Assembly (NCBI GenBank): GCA_965226555.1
Contig: CBDDDG010000017.1
Coordinates: 1-13,147, forward strand
Direction: 5' to 3'
Length of the DNA: 13,147 nucleotides
DNA from: Salinispira sp.
Lineage (GTDB): Bacteria; Spirochaetota; Spirochaetia; DSM-27196; Salinispiraceae
Part shown: positions 1 to 9,054 of the stretch, in pieces
Layout of the letters: every line of letters starts with the position of its first letter
Numbering within the stretch: position 1 is the stretch's first letter
Position numbers and translations under genes: made by a program
Notes under the pieces: generated by a model
What the model saw: the letters and a program-made list of their open reading frames with translations, nothing else
The model's database searches: none
What the model was told of the DNA's origin: nothing

Positions 1-2
1 GC

Positions 3-752
3 GACACCGACACGCGCTACAACCCCTCCGGCTATACCGCAGCGGGGGATCACAGAGACGATTTCACCACGCTTGACGCTGCCGGAAACAATGTCCCCAT
101 TGGTATCTGGTCAAATGAAACGACAATGTGGGTGGTAGATCACGATGACCAAAAAATCTATGCCTACAACCTGAGTACCAAGGCCCGCGATTCGTCAAAA
201 GACTTCAACACACTTTCTGCCTCGGGGAACATTGTTCCCGCAGGTATATGGTCCGATGGGACAACAATGTGGGTGGTAAGTATTAGTGGAAAAATTTATG
301 CCTACAACATGAGTGACACATCGTACAATCCCGATAAAGACTTCGACACGCTTTCTGATGTCGGAAATACATACCCCGCAGGTATATGGTCAGATAGAAC
401 AACAATGTGGGTGTCGGATATTACCGCTAAAAAAATCTATGCCTACAACATGAGTGACACGACACACGATTCATCGAACGATTTCACCACGCTTGAGGCT
501 GCCGGAAACGCCCCTTACGGTATTTGGTCAGATGGAACAACAATGTGGGTGGTAAATATTATCAATGACAAGCTCTATGCCTACAACCTGATTACCAAGG
601 CCCGCGATTCGTCAAAAGACTTTGACTCGCTTGCCGCTGCCGGGAATACATTCTCCTCAGGTATTTGGTCAGATGGAACAACACTGTGGGCGGCGGATAA
701 CAGAGAGGACAAAATTTATGCCTACAACCTGAGTACCCGAGCGCGCCCATAA
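3..752 (+). CDS. 3' part of a repeat protein with ~47-aa GIWSDGTTMWV...KIYAYN units (probable beta-propeller); 5' end outside window
   Basis: The frame is open from base 3 (DTDTRYNPSG...), upstream of the listed ATG at 126. Five repeats of DF-x-TL-x-AAGN-x-P-x-GIWS-D-x-TTMWV...KIYAYN-x-S; stop TAA at 750-752. Confidence 0.85.
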   Translation, partial: DTDTRYNPSGYTAAGDHRDDFTTLDAAGNNVPIGIWSNETTMWVVDHDDQKIYAYNLSTKARDSSKDFNTLSASGNIVPAGIWSDGTTMWVVSISGKIYAYNMSDTSYNPDKDFDTLSDVGNTYPAGIWSDRTTMWVSDITAKKIYAYNMSDTTHDSSNDFTTLEAAGNAPYGIWSDGTTMWVVNIINDKLYAYNLITKARDSSKDFDSLAAAGNTFSSGIWSDGTTLWAADNREDKIYAYNLSTRARP

Positions 753-760
753 CAGAGCGG

Positions 761-849
761 CTGCTCGCCATGCGTCTGTTGCTGAGACAGGGGCTGGTCG
801 GAGGCTTGCGCCTCCTGCTCGCCATGCACCTGTTGCTGAGACAGGGGCT
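761..849. repeat. GC-rich REP-like tandem repeat (54-bp unit plus 35-bp partial copy) between convergent genes
   Basis: CTGCTCGCCATGC(GT/AC)CTGTTGCTGAGACAGGGGCT occurs at 761 and 815, with internal hairpin GGAGGC-TTGC-GCCTCC. Its reverse complement matches 8499-8535 and 5811-5927. Confidence 0.8.
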
Positions 850-1858
850 AATCCCAGCGAAAGAGCATAGCCGATATCAGAAACATTACCGTTGTGAATA
901 CGGTAAGAAAAAGCATGTTTGGAAAAATTTGAGCAAGACCGGCGCCGTCAATTGTAATGGCGCGCACAGCCTCAAGAAAATGTGTAAGCGGAAATATACG
1001 TGAAACATTCTGTATGGCAGGCGGAGCGCTTTCGAGGCTGAAAAATGCTCCTGAAAGAAACATCATCGGCCAGGTAACCAAATTTATCAAACCGCCGCCG
1101 AGTTCCTCAGTTTTTATCCGGGTAGCAAACAACAGCCCCAGGGAAATAAGGCCGAATATACCAAGGGTGGTCACAAAAAGAAGATCGAATACACTTCCCT
1201 TTATGGAAGCTCCGAAGATGAGACTGGCGCCGATAAAGACCACCGAGGAAGAAAAAAGGGCAATAATAAAGCGCGATGTTGCCTGCGCGCAAATAAAGCT
1301 GAGCGCTGAAATGGGCGTTGCCCGCATGCGCTTGAGCACCCCGTTTCTCCGATATCTGATAATTATGAATCCAACACCGAGCAGGCAGCTAAACATCAGG
1401 TTCAGGGCGATAATTCCCGGTATCATCCAGTCAATATACCGCGCGCTTTCTCCGCTTATCCGGGACTCGGTAAGTGAAAGCGGAGAACTTGTTATGAGAA
1501 TTTTTACCAGCGCAGCATCGGGAGACTGATCATTAATATAATATTTGCCTGTCTCAAAGTTAATAAACATGCTGATCTGATGCTTGCGGAGAGCATCAAG
1601 GGCATCGTGCTCACTCTCCCCTTGCCGGGAATAATCCACATGATCAATTCCCGATGTTTCCAGAAGATAAAAGCCCGAGGGAACTTCACCAATGGTTCCC
1701 ACCGTGAATATGGTATTGTTATTGTTTCCAAAAATTGCCGTGAGCCCCGCTATCAACAGCAGAGGAAAGAATAAATTCCAGAAAAATGCCCCCCTGTCGC
1801 GGACAAATTCAAGGTTTCTGGCATGTACCATGGCAAAGAATGGTTTCAGCTTATTCAT
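848..1858 (-). CDS. ABC-2 type exporter permease
   Basis: 336 aa. N-terminal TM (RDRGAFFWNLFFPLLL), YIDWMIPGIIAL, RRNGVLKRMRATPIS, FLSGAFFSLE, PLTHFLEAVR; several C-terminal TMs; 8 bp downstream of the ABC ATPase. Confidence 0.93.
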   Translation of the reverse strand: MNKLKPFFAMVHARNLEFVRDRGAFFWNLFFPLLLIAGLTAIFGNNNNTIFTVGTIGEVPSGFYLLETSGIDHVDYSRQGESEHDALDALRKHQISMFINFETGKYYINDQSPDAALVKILITSSPLSLTESRISGESARYIDWMIPGIIALNLMFSCLLGVGFIIIRYRRNGVLKRMRATPISALSFICAQATSRFIIALFSSSVVFIGASLIFGASIKGSVFDLLFVTTLGIFGLISLGLLFATRIKTEELGGGLINLVTWPMMFLSGAFFSLESAPPAIQNVSRIFPLTHFLEAVRAITIDGAGLAQIFPNMLFLTVFTTVMFLISAMLFRWD

Positions 1859-1866
1859 ATTCTTCC

Positions 1867-2790
1867 TTATGTCCGCAGAGAAGACCCTGTAAGTTTTATG
1901 AAGAGGTCTTCTAAGTTTGGCTTGTGGATATTAAGATTGTTGATGACAATATCGGCGCTGAGAAGGGTTTTTATTGTTTTATCCAGATACGGAGTAACAA
2001 TTTCCAGTTCTTCTTCAGTAATCCGTACGTCTTCGTTATTTCCAAACTGTTCCTTCATTGCATGCGCTGTTTCTCTGGTGAAATTTTCATCCCAAGGGAG
2101 ATGAATGAGGGCGCCATCGAAATGATTTGTGAGGAGCTTTTCCGGAGTATCGCGCGCAATAATTTTTCCGTTATCCATAATGGCGACTTCATCGCAGAGT
2201 ATCTGGGCCTCGTCCATATAATGTGTGGTAAGAATGATGGTGCAGTTTTCGGCCTTAATGTTTTCTATGAGGTCCCAGAAATTCCTGCGCGATTGAGGAT
2301 CAAGCCCGGTTGTCGGCTCATCGAGGAAAATTATTTCAGGATAGGGAATGATTGCCAGCCCCAGCAACATCCGCTGCCGCTGACCGCCGGAGAGTTTTCG
2401 GTTATCACGATTGATAATATCTTCCAGCGAACACAGTCTGATAATTTCTTCATGCGGACGCGAATTTTCATAAAAACTGGAAAAGAGGTTCAGCGTTTCT
2501 TTCACGGTAATAAACTCAGGGAGGGCGCTCTGCTGGAACTGTATGCCGATTTTCTGCTTGTAGCTGCGGTCATTCGGCCAGGCTATCGGCTGGTTGCGGA
2601 ATAGCAGTGAACCATTGTCGGGTTTCTGAATGCCCTCCATTATCTCAATTGTCGTGGTCTTGCCGGCTCCGTTGGGACCGAGGAGACCAAAGCACATTCC
2701 CTCTGGTATATCCAAATCTATACCGCGAAGAGCCTCCACCTTCCCAAAATTTTTTTTCAACTCCCGAACTGTCAAGATTACATTATCCAC
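1867..2790 (-). CDS. ABC transporter ATP-binding protein (DrrA/CcmA-like)
   Basis: Walker A GPNGAGKT, signature LSGGQRQR, Walker B IIFLDEPT, H-loop TTHYM, C-terminal NLEDLFIKLTG; GTG start. Confidence 0.96.
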   Translation of the reverse strand: MDNVILTVRELKKNFGKVEALRGIDLDIPEGMCFGLLGPNGAGKTTTIEIMEGIQKPDNGSLLFRNQPIAWPNDRSYKQKIGIQFQQSALPEFITVKETLNLFSSFYENSRPHEEIIRLCSLEDIINRDNRKLSGGQRQRMLLGLAIIPYPEIIFLDEPTTGLDPQSRRNFWDLIENIKAENCTIILTTHYMDEAQILCDEVAIMDNGKIIARDTPEKLLTNHFDGALIHLPWDENFTRETAHAMKEQFGNNEDVRITEEELEIVTPYLDKTIKTLLSADIVINNLNIHKPNLEDLFIKLTGSSLRT

Positions 2791-2796
2791 TCAGCA

Positions 2797-2825
2797 ATAA
2801 TAGTGAAATTGATGGGAGATGTCAA
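2797..2825 (-). promoter_or_regulatory. sigma70-type promoter of the ABC operon, probably leaderless
   Basis: Minus strand reads TTGACA (2825-2820), 17 bp, TATTAT (2802-2797), 6 nt, GTG start. No SD sequence. Confidence 0.75.
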
Positions 2826-2940
2826 TAGCCTGCTGCGCATACGGCTGTTGTGGGGGCGGGACGGGGCTGGAGTCGGTTGGTCATATTTCGTGCCGGTTTC
2901 GCTGTGAATGCCTTCGGCCGCACTCAATTTTTTTCTGTTC

Positions 2941-2968
2941 TTGATTTTTTTATTTTGGATGATATAAT
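2941..2968 (+). promoter_or_regulatory. sigma70-type promoter (extended -10) of the lipoprotein-nnr operon
   Basis: TTGATT at 2941-2946, 16 bp, TATAAT at 2963-2968 preceded by TGn. Confidence 0.6.
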
Positions 2969-2989
2969 CAATACTAGTGTTAACGCCAT

Positions 2990-4195
2990 ATGTCGAAATT
3001 TCCCATTTATGCAGCAGTCTATCTGCTTTTTCTTACTATTTCATGTAACCGCTCAGCCGTTTCAGGCGAAGTTCTTCCAGGAGAATTTCTGTTTTCTCTG
3101 GATATCGGTGTACTTGAAAACGAAATTGATCTCTTCCACCGCGGCGGAACCCTCCCCGAAGAGCGAAACAGCGTTTTCATGTACCGCGGCATTATCTTCA
3201 TCGCCAATTCCCTCGGAAATAAAATCATGGAATTCTCATCCTATGGCGATCTGATATCACTCATATACAATGCCGAAGAAAACCCCCGTCCGCTCCTTCT
3301 TTCATCGAGCCCCCGCGAGGGAAACATTGTCAACAAGGCTGCCCATTCATTTCCGTTCAGAAACATTGGGGAAATTTCCGTTAGTTCGGAAAATGTTCTG
3401 CTGGTAGCCGATACCGCTGCCCCCGGTCAGGAAGGATTCGACCTTGAAACAGGCGCTGCATTCCAGCATATTATTCATCGGTTCACATCGGAGGGAGATT
3501 ATCTCGACTATATTGGTCAGGAAGGGGTAGGCGGTACCCCCTTTTCTTTCATTGTTTCAATGAATGTAACTGCCCGCAATGAGCTTGTTGTTCTTACCCG
3601 CAGCAGTCATTCATACACGGTATTCTGGTACAACAAGGAAGGTAAGCAGTTGTTTGAAGTTATGCTGGATGATGCGCATCTGCCCGCGGGTAAGACACCT
3701 GCCGATTTTCCGAACATTGCGGGGGTTTTCCCGGACACGGAAAAATACTGGCTCTATCTTCATATTAATTATGACAACAGTGAATCGAAAGGAGTTGATT
3801 CTTTGGTATATGTGCTTGATCTTTCGACAGAAAAATACAGCAGCAAATTTGAGCTCGATACTAATCGGCAGGCCCTGCCGAGTAATGAGGGTATGGACTA
3901 TGTCGATTATCCCTATCAGTTCATCGGAGTTGCTGAGGGGGGTAATCTTTTCTTCATCAGCCGTAACAGCGCTTTTGAACAATCGCTTGCTGTTTTCGAT
4001 TTTACCGGTGTTCTGAAAGTACGGCGCATACTGCGGGTGGAGAATCCTGATATATTCTTCAGCGACTATCAGGTATCGCTGGAGGGTATTATTACGGCGC
4101 TCATGAGTGATCCTGACAGTGCCGATGTTTACTGGTGGCGGACCGACAGGATTCTCGAACCTTTACGGACTGCTTCACGGAGGAGAGATTTGTGA
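2990..4195 (+). CDS. spirochaetal lipoprotein, LIC_12708-like family
   Basis: Signal peptide ends in lipobox LTISC. Motifs IFIANSLGNKIMEFSSYGDLISLIYN and YIGQEGVGGTPF are recalled from this spirochaete family (from memory, not searched). Confidence 0.7.
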   Translation: MSKFPIYAAVYLLFLTISCNRSAVSGEVLPGEFLFSLDIGVLENEIDLFHRGGTLPEERNSVFMYRGIIFIANSLGNKIMEFSSYGDLISLIYNAEENPRPLLLSSSPREGNIVNKAAHSFPFRNIGEISVSSENVLLVADTAAPGQEGFDLETGAAFQHIIHRFTSEGDYLDYIGQEGVGGTPFSFIVSMNVTARNELVVLTRSSHSYTVFWYNKEGKQLFEVMLDDAHLPAGKTPADFPNIAGVFPDTEKYWLYLHINYDNSESKGVDSLVYVLDLSTEKYSSKFELDTNRQALPSNEGMDYVDYPYQFIGVAEGGNLFFISRNSAFEQSLAVFDFTGVLKVRRILRVENPDIFFSDYQVSLEGIITALMSDPDSADVYWWRTDRILEPLRTASRRRDL

Positions 4196-5739
4196 ATTAT
4201 GCCATAGATACCCATCGCATGAGGGCCTTTGACGCTCAGGCAACCGAGATCATTCCCGAAATGATCCTCATGGAGAACGCCGGCCGGCTTATTGCCGAAC
4301 ACATTATACGGGATTTCCGCGCTTCCCATCTGAAAACACTCCTTATTCTGGCCGGAACCGGTCATAACGGCGGCGATGCCCTTGTTGCGGCCCGGCATCT
4401 GAACAATGAAGGAATACCAACACGGATTTTTCTGGTCAACAGAAAACTCAAACCCCTCACGCAAACGATGCTTGAAACCCTCGATAGCCATTTGAGCACC
4501 GTTTCTGCGCTTTCTGAAACCGGCCCCAATGAACTCATAGCTTTCCTCAAACACAAACACTGCGTCGTTGTCGATGGCGTACTCGGCTCAGGAATACGCC
4601 GCCCAATTTCAGACAGTACCCTTCTGACGGTTATTGAGCACTGGAATCGGAGTGCAGCATTTCGTTACGCGATAGATGTACCGAGCGGTATTTCTGACAT
4701 TGCTGAATCGGAAGAACCAACCCCCGTATTCTTCCATGCCAACTGCACCCTTGCGATCCAGTTTTCCCGTACGGCGCTCTACGGTAACCTGAGAGAATAC
4801 TGCGGAAACATCCGGCATTTGGAAATTGGATTTCCCGCGGCGCTTCTGCGCAGGTACACGGAAGCTCAGCAGGAACATGGACTCATCCCCCTGCTTGAAA
4901 CAGAAGATCTGCCGGAACGTATTCCGCCGATACCTGCGGGTGCACACAAGGGAAAACGAGGGAAGGTTGAGATATTTGCGGGGAGCCGGGGAATGGAGGG
5001 AGCCGCAGTGCTTGCTGCGCGGGCAACCCTGCACAGCGGGGCGGGCATGGTGCGTATCGACTGCCAAAGTGAATCAATCATTGACGAAGTTCTGAATCAG
5101 GAAGCGGCAATCATGGCAGATACGGAAACAAAGCCGGGCTCTTGGGGCAGCTGCCTGCTCGCGGGTCCGGGCTGGGGAAGGCAGACGCAGAAAACACGCG
5201 AGGTGATGATGGAACTCATACAGAGTAATCTCCCGCTTGTTGTTGATGCCGATGGTTTTCGGAATCTCAAAGCACTGTATGATGCGGGGGGCAACGCATT
5301 TCGGAACAATCTGCGCAAGCGCAACGCGGCGCTTGTGCTCACCCCCCACCCTGGAGAGGCTGCTTTTCTCCTTGAAGATGCTATAGAGGAAGTGCTCTGT
5401 CGTCCGCTGCGGTCTGTACAGCGTATCGCGGAACGGTACCATGCCTATGTTGTTCTGAAAAACTCAGTAAACCATATGAGCACCCCGCAGGGAAGGGTCT
5501 GCATCCACGACAGCCGCCTGCCTGCTCTCGGTACGGCGGGAAGCGGTGATGTTCTCGTTGGAATTATCGCAGGTCTGCTTGCGCGGGGGGTGGATGCCGA
5601 CAATGCGGTATCTGCTGCTGTTATTCTTCACGCGGGAGCGGGGAGACGCTGCTTTCTGAACCGCGGATGGTTTACGGCAAGTCAGCTCCTTGAAACACTC
5701 TCAACATTAGCCGGTGAAATTCAGTATATGAATAATTAA
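4192..5739 (+). CDS. nnr: bifunctional NAD(P)H-hydrate epimerase/dehydratase (YjeF/Nnr)
   Basis: YjeF_N motifs LMENAG, GTGHNGGD, VDGVLGSG, IDVPSG. Carbohydrate-kinase motifs HKGKRG, GPGWG, VVDADG, LTPHPGE, GTAGSGDVL. Likely GTG start at 4192 overlaps the upstream TGA; SD GGAGGAG at 4179-4185. Confidence 0.95.
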   Translation: MNYAIDTHRMRAFDAQATEIIPEMILMENAGRLIAEHIIRDFRASHLKTLLILAGTGHNGGDALVAARHLNNEGIPTRIFLVNRKLKPLTQTMLETLDSHLSTVSALSETGPNELIAFLKHKHCVVVDGVLGSGIRRPISDSTLLTVIEHWNRSAAFRYAIDVPSGISDIAESEEPTPVFFHANCTLAIQFSRTALYGNLREYCGNIRHLEIGFPAALLRRYTEAQQEHGLIPLLETEDLPERIPPIPAGAHKGKRGKVEIFAGSRGMEGAAVLAARATLHSGAGMVRIDCQSESIIDEVLNQEAAIMADTETKPGSWGSCLLAGPGWGRQTQKTREVMMELIQSNLPLVVDADGFRNLKALYDAGGNAFRNNLRKRNAALVLTPHPGEAAFLLEDAIEEVLCRPLRSVQRIAERYHAYVVLKNSVNHMSTPQGRVCIHDSRLPALGTAGSGDVLVGIIAGLLARGVDADNAVSAAVILHAGAGRRCFLNRGWFTASQLLETLSTLAGEIQYMNN

Positions 5740-5756
5740 AAGGCAAAGTGCCCCCT

Positions 5757-5940
5757 CCGCATGGGCGAGCCGGATGCCCGGGCGAGCAACGCTGAAGCGC
5801 GACCAGCCCGGACGCATGGCGCTCAGCGCCGACCGCCGACCAGCCCATAGCCCCAGCAACAGACGCATGGCGCGCAGCGCCGACCGCCGACCAGCCCATA
5901 GCCCCAGCAACAGACGCATGGCGCGCAGGCCAAGCGGCGA
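5757..5940. repeat. GC-rich REP-like cluster with a 51-bp tandem unit (2.3 copies) between convergent genes
   Basis: GACGCATGGCGC(T/G)CAGCGCCGACCGCCGACCAGCCCATAGCCCCAGCAACA at 5811 and 5862, partial at 5913. Shares GCATGG, GGCGAGCA and CGACCAGCCC motifs with 761-849, 8494-8535 and 10369-10420. Confidence 0.8.
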
Positions 5941-5943
5941 TAA

Positions 5944-6219
5944 TTAATGCGATCCGTTCCGCACTGTCCGCATTTCCTCATCGCTCAGCCCGGTAACATC
6001 CTGAATGTCATGGGCTGAAAATCCTTTGGAAAACATACTGCGGGCGTTTTTTCTCCGCTCCTCAATATGCCCCTCAACCCGGCCTTTCAGAATGCCTTTC
6101 TCCATTCCTTTTGCAATGCCTTTCTCCATTCCTTTCAGAATGCCCTTCTCCATTCCCTCAATCCGGCCCTTCGCAATGCCTTCCCTGACGAAGGCGTTGG
6201 TAATATTATATGTCCGCAT
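5944..6219 (-). CDS. putative internally initiated small C-terminal protein (RpnS-like antitoxin), 91 aa
   Basis: GGAGGAG (6234-6228), 8 nt, ATG (6219), in frame within the rpn gene: MRTYNITNAFVREG...GSH. Confidence 0.62.
   Translation of the reverse strand: MRTYNITNAFVREGIAKGRIEGMEKGILKGMEKGIAKGMEKGILKGRVEGHIEERRKNARSMFSKGFSAHDIQDVTGLSDEEMRTVRNGSH
6061..6180 (-). repeat. 12-bp coding tandem repeat (10 x G-x-x-x)
   Basis: GIAK GRIE GMEK GILK GMEK GIAK GMEK GILK GRVE GHIE; the paralogue at 10539-10646 has 9 units. Confidence 0.85.
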
Positions 6220-6720
6220 ACTGTTTTCTCCTCCAGGGAACAGTTCCCTGTCAATTTTCTCAAACTGTTCATACAGTCCCAGATCTTTTAGATAGCCTAG
6301 CACACTCTCTGCCAGATCAGTAAAGTCTTGTGAAGACAGACCGTTCAGGAGCTGCGCAATTTCTTTCAGCCCCTCAGCATCCATTTCATTGTCTCGCATT
6401 ATATACCACAACGCAGTCGATGTATATCGTTTTCCATCGAAACGCCATGCCAACTGATTCTTTGTCATTCGCCCCAGATCGCGCACAATGTACGACACTC
6501 TCGCCCTGACATCTACCGTTCCTTCGGTAAGGGATTCGGAAGCTGGATTTCCATGAGAACTGTAAAATGTGAGTGGGAGGTTCCATTCCTTTTTTCCATG
6601 GTAGAGCAGAAGTATATAGATAGCATCATTTTCATTGTACACATTGCTGTTTCTGAGGGCATATTGATAATTATCGATTTGAGTGAGCGCATGTTTGTGC
6701 TGGTAGCTTTTATGTTCAAT

Positions 6721-6849
6721 ACGAAAGTTTTGCTACTGGAAATTGTGCTTGCACAATTTTCCAAGGCAAAACTTTCTATACCGTGAGAGAATCAAGAGTA
6801 TAGATGAGAGAATCCTCATTGGAAAATTTTGCTCCGCAAAATTTTCAGT
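6721..6849. mobile_element. hairpin element E1, type I, 129 bp
   Basis: Absent from the paralogue (11311-11322 TTCAAT|AATAAA). Ends ACGAAAGTTTTGC...GCAAAATTTTCAGT; nested palindromes. Confidence 0.9.
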
Positions 6850-7224
6850 AATGAACAGGGACTTCCGGTCGGGGTCTGACAGGAAGGGGGCGCTGACAAC
6901 GAGATCGCAGTGAAGGTTCTTTTTTCCTGCAATGTAGCTGGGGGTTTCAATGCGGATTTTGCCCAGGTCCAGCTTGGCAAGCGTTGTATCCTCACAGAAG
7001 AGCCGCAGCAGGTCGGGAATCAGCCGGGGGGTTCTGTAGTAGGCGATCTTGAAGGCTATGTCGTGGATGTGGCATTTGCTCTGGGATGATTTTTTCATAT
7101 TGTTTCCCTCCTATATCTGTGACGGGTAAAAAGTCATTTTTAACTGTGTTTTTGAAAAGAATTTGAAAGAATGTTGTGTTTTTTTCGGGGAGTCGGGAGG
7201 GAGGGATCGGGAATGGGGGCTGGT

Positions 7225-7254
7225 ATGCTCTGTGTCGATATACTTTTTGCTCAT
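7225..7254 (-). pseudogene. 10-codon remnant of a third type-B rpn 5' end
   Basis: Reads MSKKYIDTEH versus MSGKYIGMVH, directly behind a copy of the type-B leader. Confidence 0.6.
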
Positions 7255-7334
7255 ACTATATAGACGGGTAAAATATAAACGGTGTATGACAAAATGAGAA
7301 ATTTTTGTAATTATTTTTATTATTTTGGGATATT
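7249..7334 (-). repeat. type-B rpn leader/promoter, copy 1 of 3
   Basis: 86 bp, near-identical to 8271-8356 and 10147-10232. Confidence 0.88.
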
Positions 7335-7390
7335 ACAAAGTTTTGCTACTGAAAATTGTGCAAGCACAATTTTCCAATGCAAAAGTTTGT
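7335..7390. mobile_element. hairpin element E2, 56-bp collapsed form
   Basis: ACAAAGTTTTGC-TACTGAAAATTGTGC-AA-GCACAATTTTCCAAT-GCAAAAGTTTGT; same flanks as E4. Confidence 0.85.
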
Positions 7391-7421
7391 ACTATTTGAC
7401 CTGACCCCGGCGCGGGGCACG

Positions 7422-8276
7422 CTGAAATAATTTCTTTGTTTCATCCCTCGTTATCTTACCATCAAACCTCTTTATTATCCATTCACAGAAAATTGTGCTC
7501 TGCACAATTTTCCAATGAGGGTTCTCTCATCTATATTCTTGATTCTCTCCAGGTATAGAAAGTTTTGCTACTGGAAATTGCGCACGCGCAATTTTCCAAT
7601 GCAAAACTTTGTCATATAATACATCGCTATTTTCGGACATCTTATTCTGTATCATATTGTTGAGTATGGCGATTGTTTCTTCTGTGTATTCTTCTATTGT
7701 TCCAAGATTCTCAATATACATTATTGCAGAAATGACTCCGCCTGCGGAGATCAGTTCCTTGTTGCTGAAATTCTCAACGTTGATCTGAAAATAGGGGGAT
7801 ATACAAATGCCTAAGTAAAGATATGATGAAAAATCTATTTTGCGGGGGTCAGAATTTGTCATTGGCGCTCCGGAGCAGGTGTATATGACAAGGGTGATTA
7901 TCCGGTAATCGGATTTCTTCTTTCCCGATGAGGAAATGCGTTCGGATAAGTGCTGGGCGTATGTGTATATTCTCCCGGGCATGGTGTTATCCACTGTCGA
8001 CTGAAACTCAATGATAAAGTAGACATCGAGCGGTTTCAGTTTCCGCGCGCTATCTTTGAAACGGCATGTGGTTTTGTAAATGACATCGGAGATGGAATGC
8101 CTGAGTTCGCCTTTGTGGATAAATTCAGGGTTGATGCTCAGCATACTCTCGGGAACAATGCTCCGCGCGAGGTCCTTGTTGAAATATGAGTATATGAAAT
8201 CCCTGAATATCAGGGGATTTTCAAAAACATATTTCCAGCTTTGGTCGTGTACCATTCCGATATATTTTCCGCTCAT
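7422..8276 (-). pseudogene. Rpn-like nuclease type B copy 1: catalytic domain intact, one element, C-terminus deleted
   Basis: HDQSWKYVFENP, SDVIYK, YFIIEFQST, ITLVIY. The ORF runs into E3 and stops at 7527. The gene resumes as EWIIKRFDG...KLFQ, then lacks 238 bp relative to copy 2. Confidence 0.88.
7485..7613. mobile_element. hairpin element E3, type I, 129 bp
   Basis: ACAGAAAATTGTGC...GCAAAACTTTGTC; removal joins VLY|EWIIK in frame. Confidence 0.88.
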
Positions 8277-8356
8277 ACTATATAGACGGGTAAAATATAA
8301 ACGGTGTATGACAAAATGAGAAATTTTTGTAATTATTTTTATTATTTTGAGATATT
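8271..8356 (-). promoter_or_regulatory. type-B rpn leader, copy 2, with possible promoter
   Basis: Minus strand TTCTCA (8322-8317), 17 bp, TATATT (8299-8294), with A-tracts upstream. No SD before ATG 8276. Confidence 0.5.
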
Positions 8357-8593
8357 ACAAAGTTTTGCTACTGAAAATTGTGCTCTGCACAATTTTTCAA
8401 TAAGGATTCTCTATTCTTGATTCTTGATTCTCTCAAGGTATAGAAACTTTCTATAAAATAGGAGAATGCTAAGCACAAAGAAAGCATTCCTGACGGACGC
8501 ATGGGCGAGCAGGAGGCGCAGCCTCCGACCAGCCCTCGGAAACTTTTGCTACTGGAAATTGTGCAAGCACAATTTTCCAATGCAAAAGTTTGT
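8357..8593. mobile_element. composite hairpin element E4, 237 bp (type II containing a partial type I and a 42-bp GC-rich REP unit)
   Basis: ACAAAGTTTTGC...GCAAAAGTTTGT; GAATGCT...AGCATTC hairpin module; REP unit at 8494-8535. Confidence 0.85.
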
Positions 8594-8640
8594 ACTATTT
8601 GACCTGACCCCGGCGCGGGGCACGCTGAAGTAATGCGCTG

Positions 8641-8838
8641 CTACGCTTCGCCGTTTTTCTGAAATGATCGAATTTCATCTTCGCTGAGCTCGGTGTACTC
8701 ATGAATACGGTCTATTGGCAGACCATCCCTGAGCATTTTGAATACCTGCTTACGCTGGGTCCGAGCAATTTCACGCTGGTTCTGAGCTTGTCCCTGCTCA
8801 AGTCCTGCCCGCCATGGCTTATCTAAAAGATCTACCAT
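8641..8838 (-). CDS. putative internally initiated small C-terminal protein (RpnS-like), 65 aa
   Basis: GAGGAGGT (8853-8846), 7 nt, ATG (8838): MVDLLDKPWRAGLEQG...IHEYTELSEDEIRSFQKNGEA. Confidence 0.65.
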   Translation of the reverse strand: MVDLLDKPWRAGLEQGQAQNQREIARTQRKQVFKMLRDGLPIDRIHEYTELSEDEIRSFQKNGEA

Positions 8839-8925
8839 ACGTTTTACCTCCTCAGGATTTTCCTGAAATAATTTCTTTGTTTCATCCCTCGTTATCTTAC
8901 CATCAAACCTCTTTATTATCCATTC

Positions 8926-9054
8926 ACAGAAAATTTTGCTCTGCACAATTTTTCAATAAGGATTCTCTCATCCATATTCTTGATTCTCTCAAGGTATAGA
9001 AAGTTTTGCTACTGGAAATTGCGCACGCGCAATTTTCCAATGCAAAACTTTGTC
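8926..9054. mobile_element. hairpin element E5, type I, 129 bp, same site as E3
   Basis: Same junctions as E3; several internal substitutions; three in-frame TGA. Confidence 0.88.

Larger units (their letters stand above)
5944..7098 (-). pseudogene. Rpn/YhgA-like PD-(D/E)XK nuclease, type A copy 1, interrupted by a 129-bp in-frame element containing one TAG
   Basis: HDIAFK N-terminus, LHCDLVV...LFI|IEHKS catalytic motif, LLLYHGKKEW, G-x-x-x repeats and C-terminal IQDVTGLS helix-turn. Removing 6721-6849 gives an open 341-aa frame. SD AGGAGG upstream of 7098. Confidence 0.88.

Noticed and set aside
957..5442. Many overlapping short ORFs (e.g. 957-1529, 1924-2604, 3579-4016, 4609-5067)
   Set aside because: Shadow frames of well-supported genes, with no recognisable motifs.
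5811..5927. CRISPR array
   Set aside because: The 51-bp units are contiguous and nearly identical, with no unique spacers and no cas genes. The hairpin elements are separated by pieces of one gene, not spacers.
7101..7112. 12-nt identity (AGGAGGGAAACA) between the rpn A1 and transposase ribosome-binding sites
   Set aside because: Mostly the SD consensus plus an A-rich spacer; probably convergent.
6720..8594. IS630-type MITE with TA duplication
   Set aside because: TA flanks fit E1, E2 and E4, but not E6, E7, E8, E10 or the nested copy. TA arises when an AC...GT element lands between T and A.
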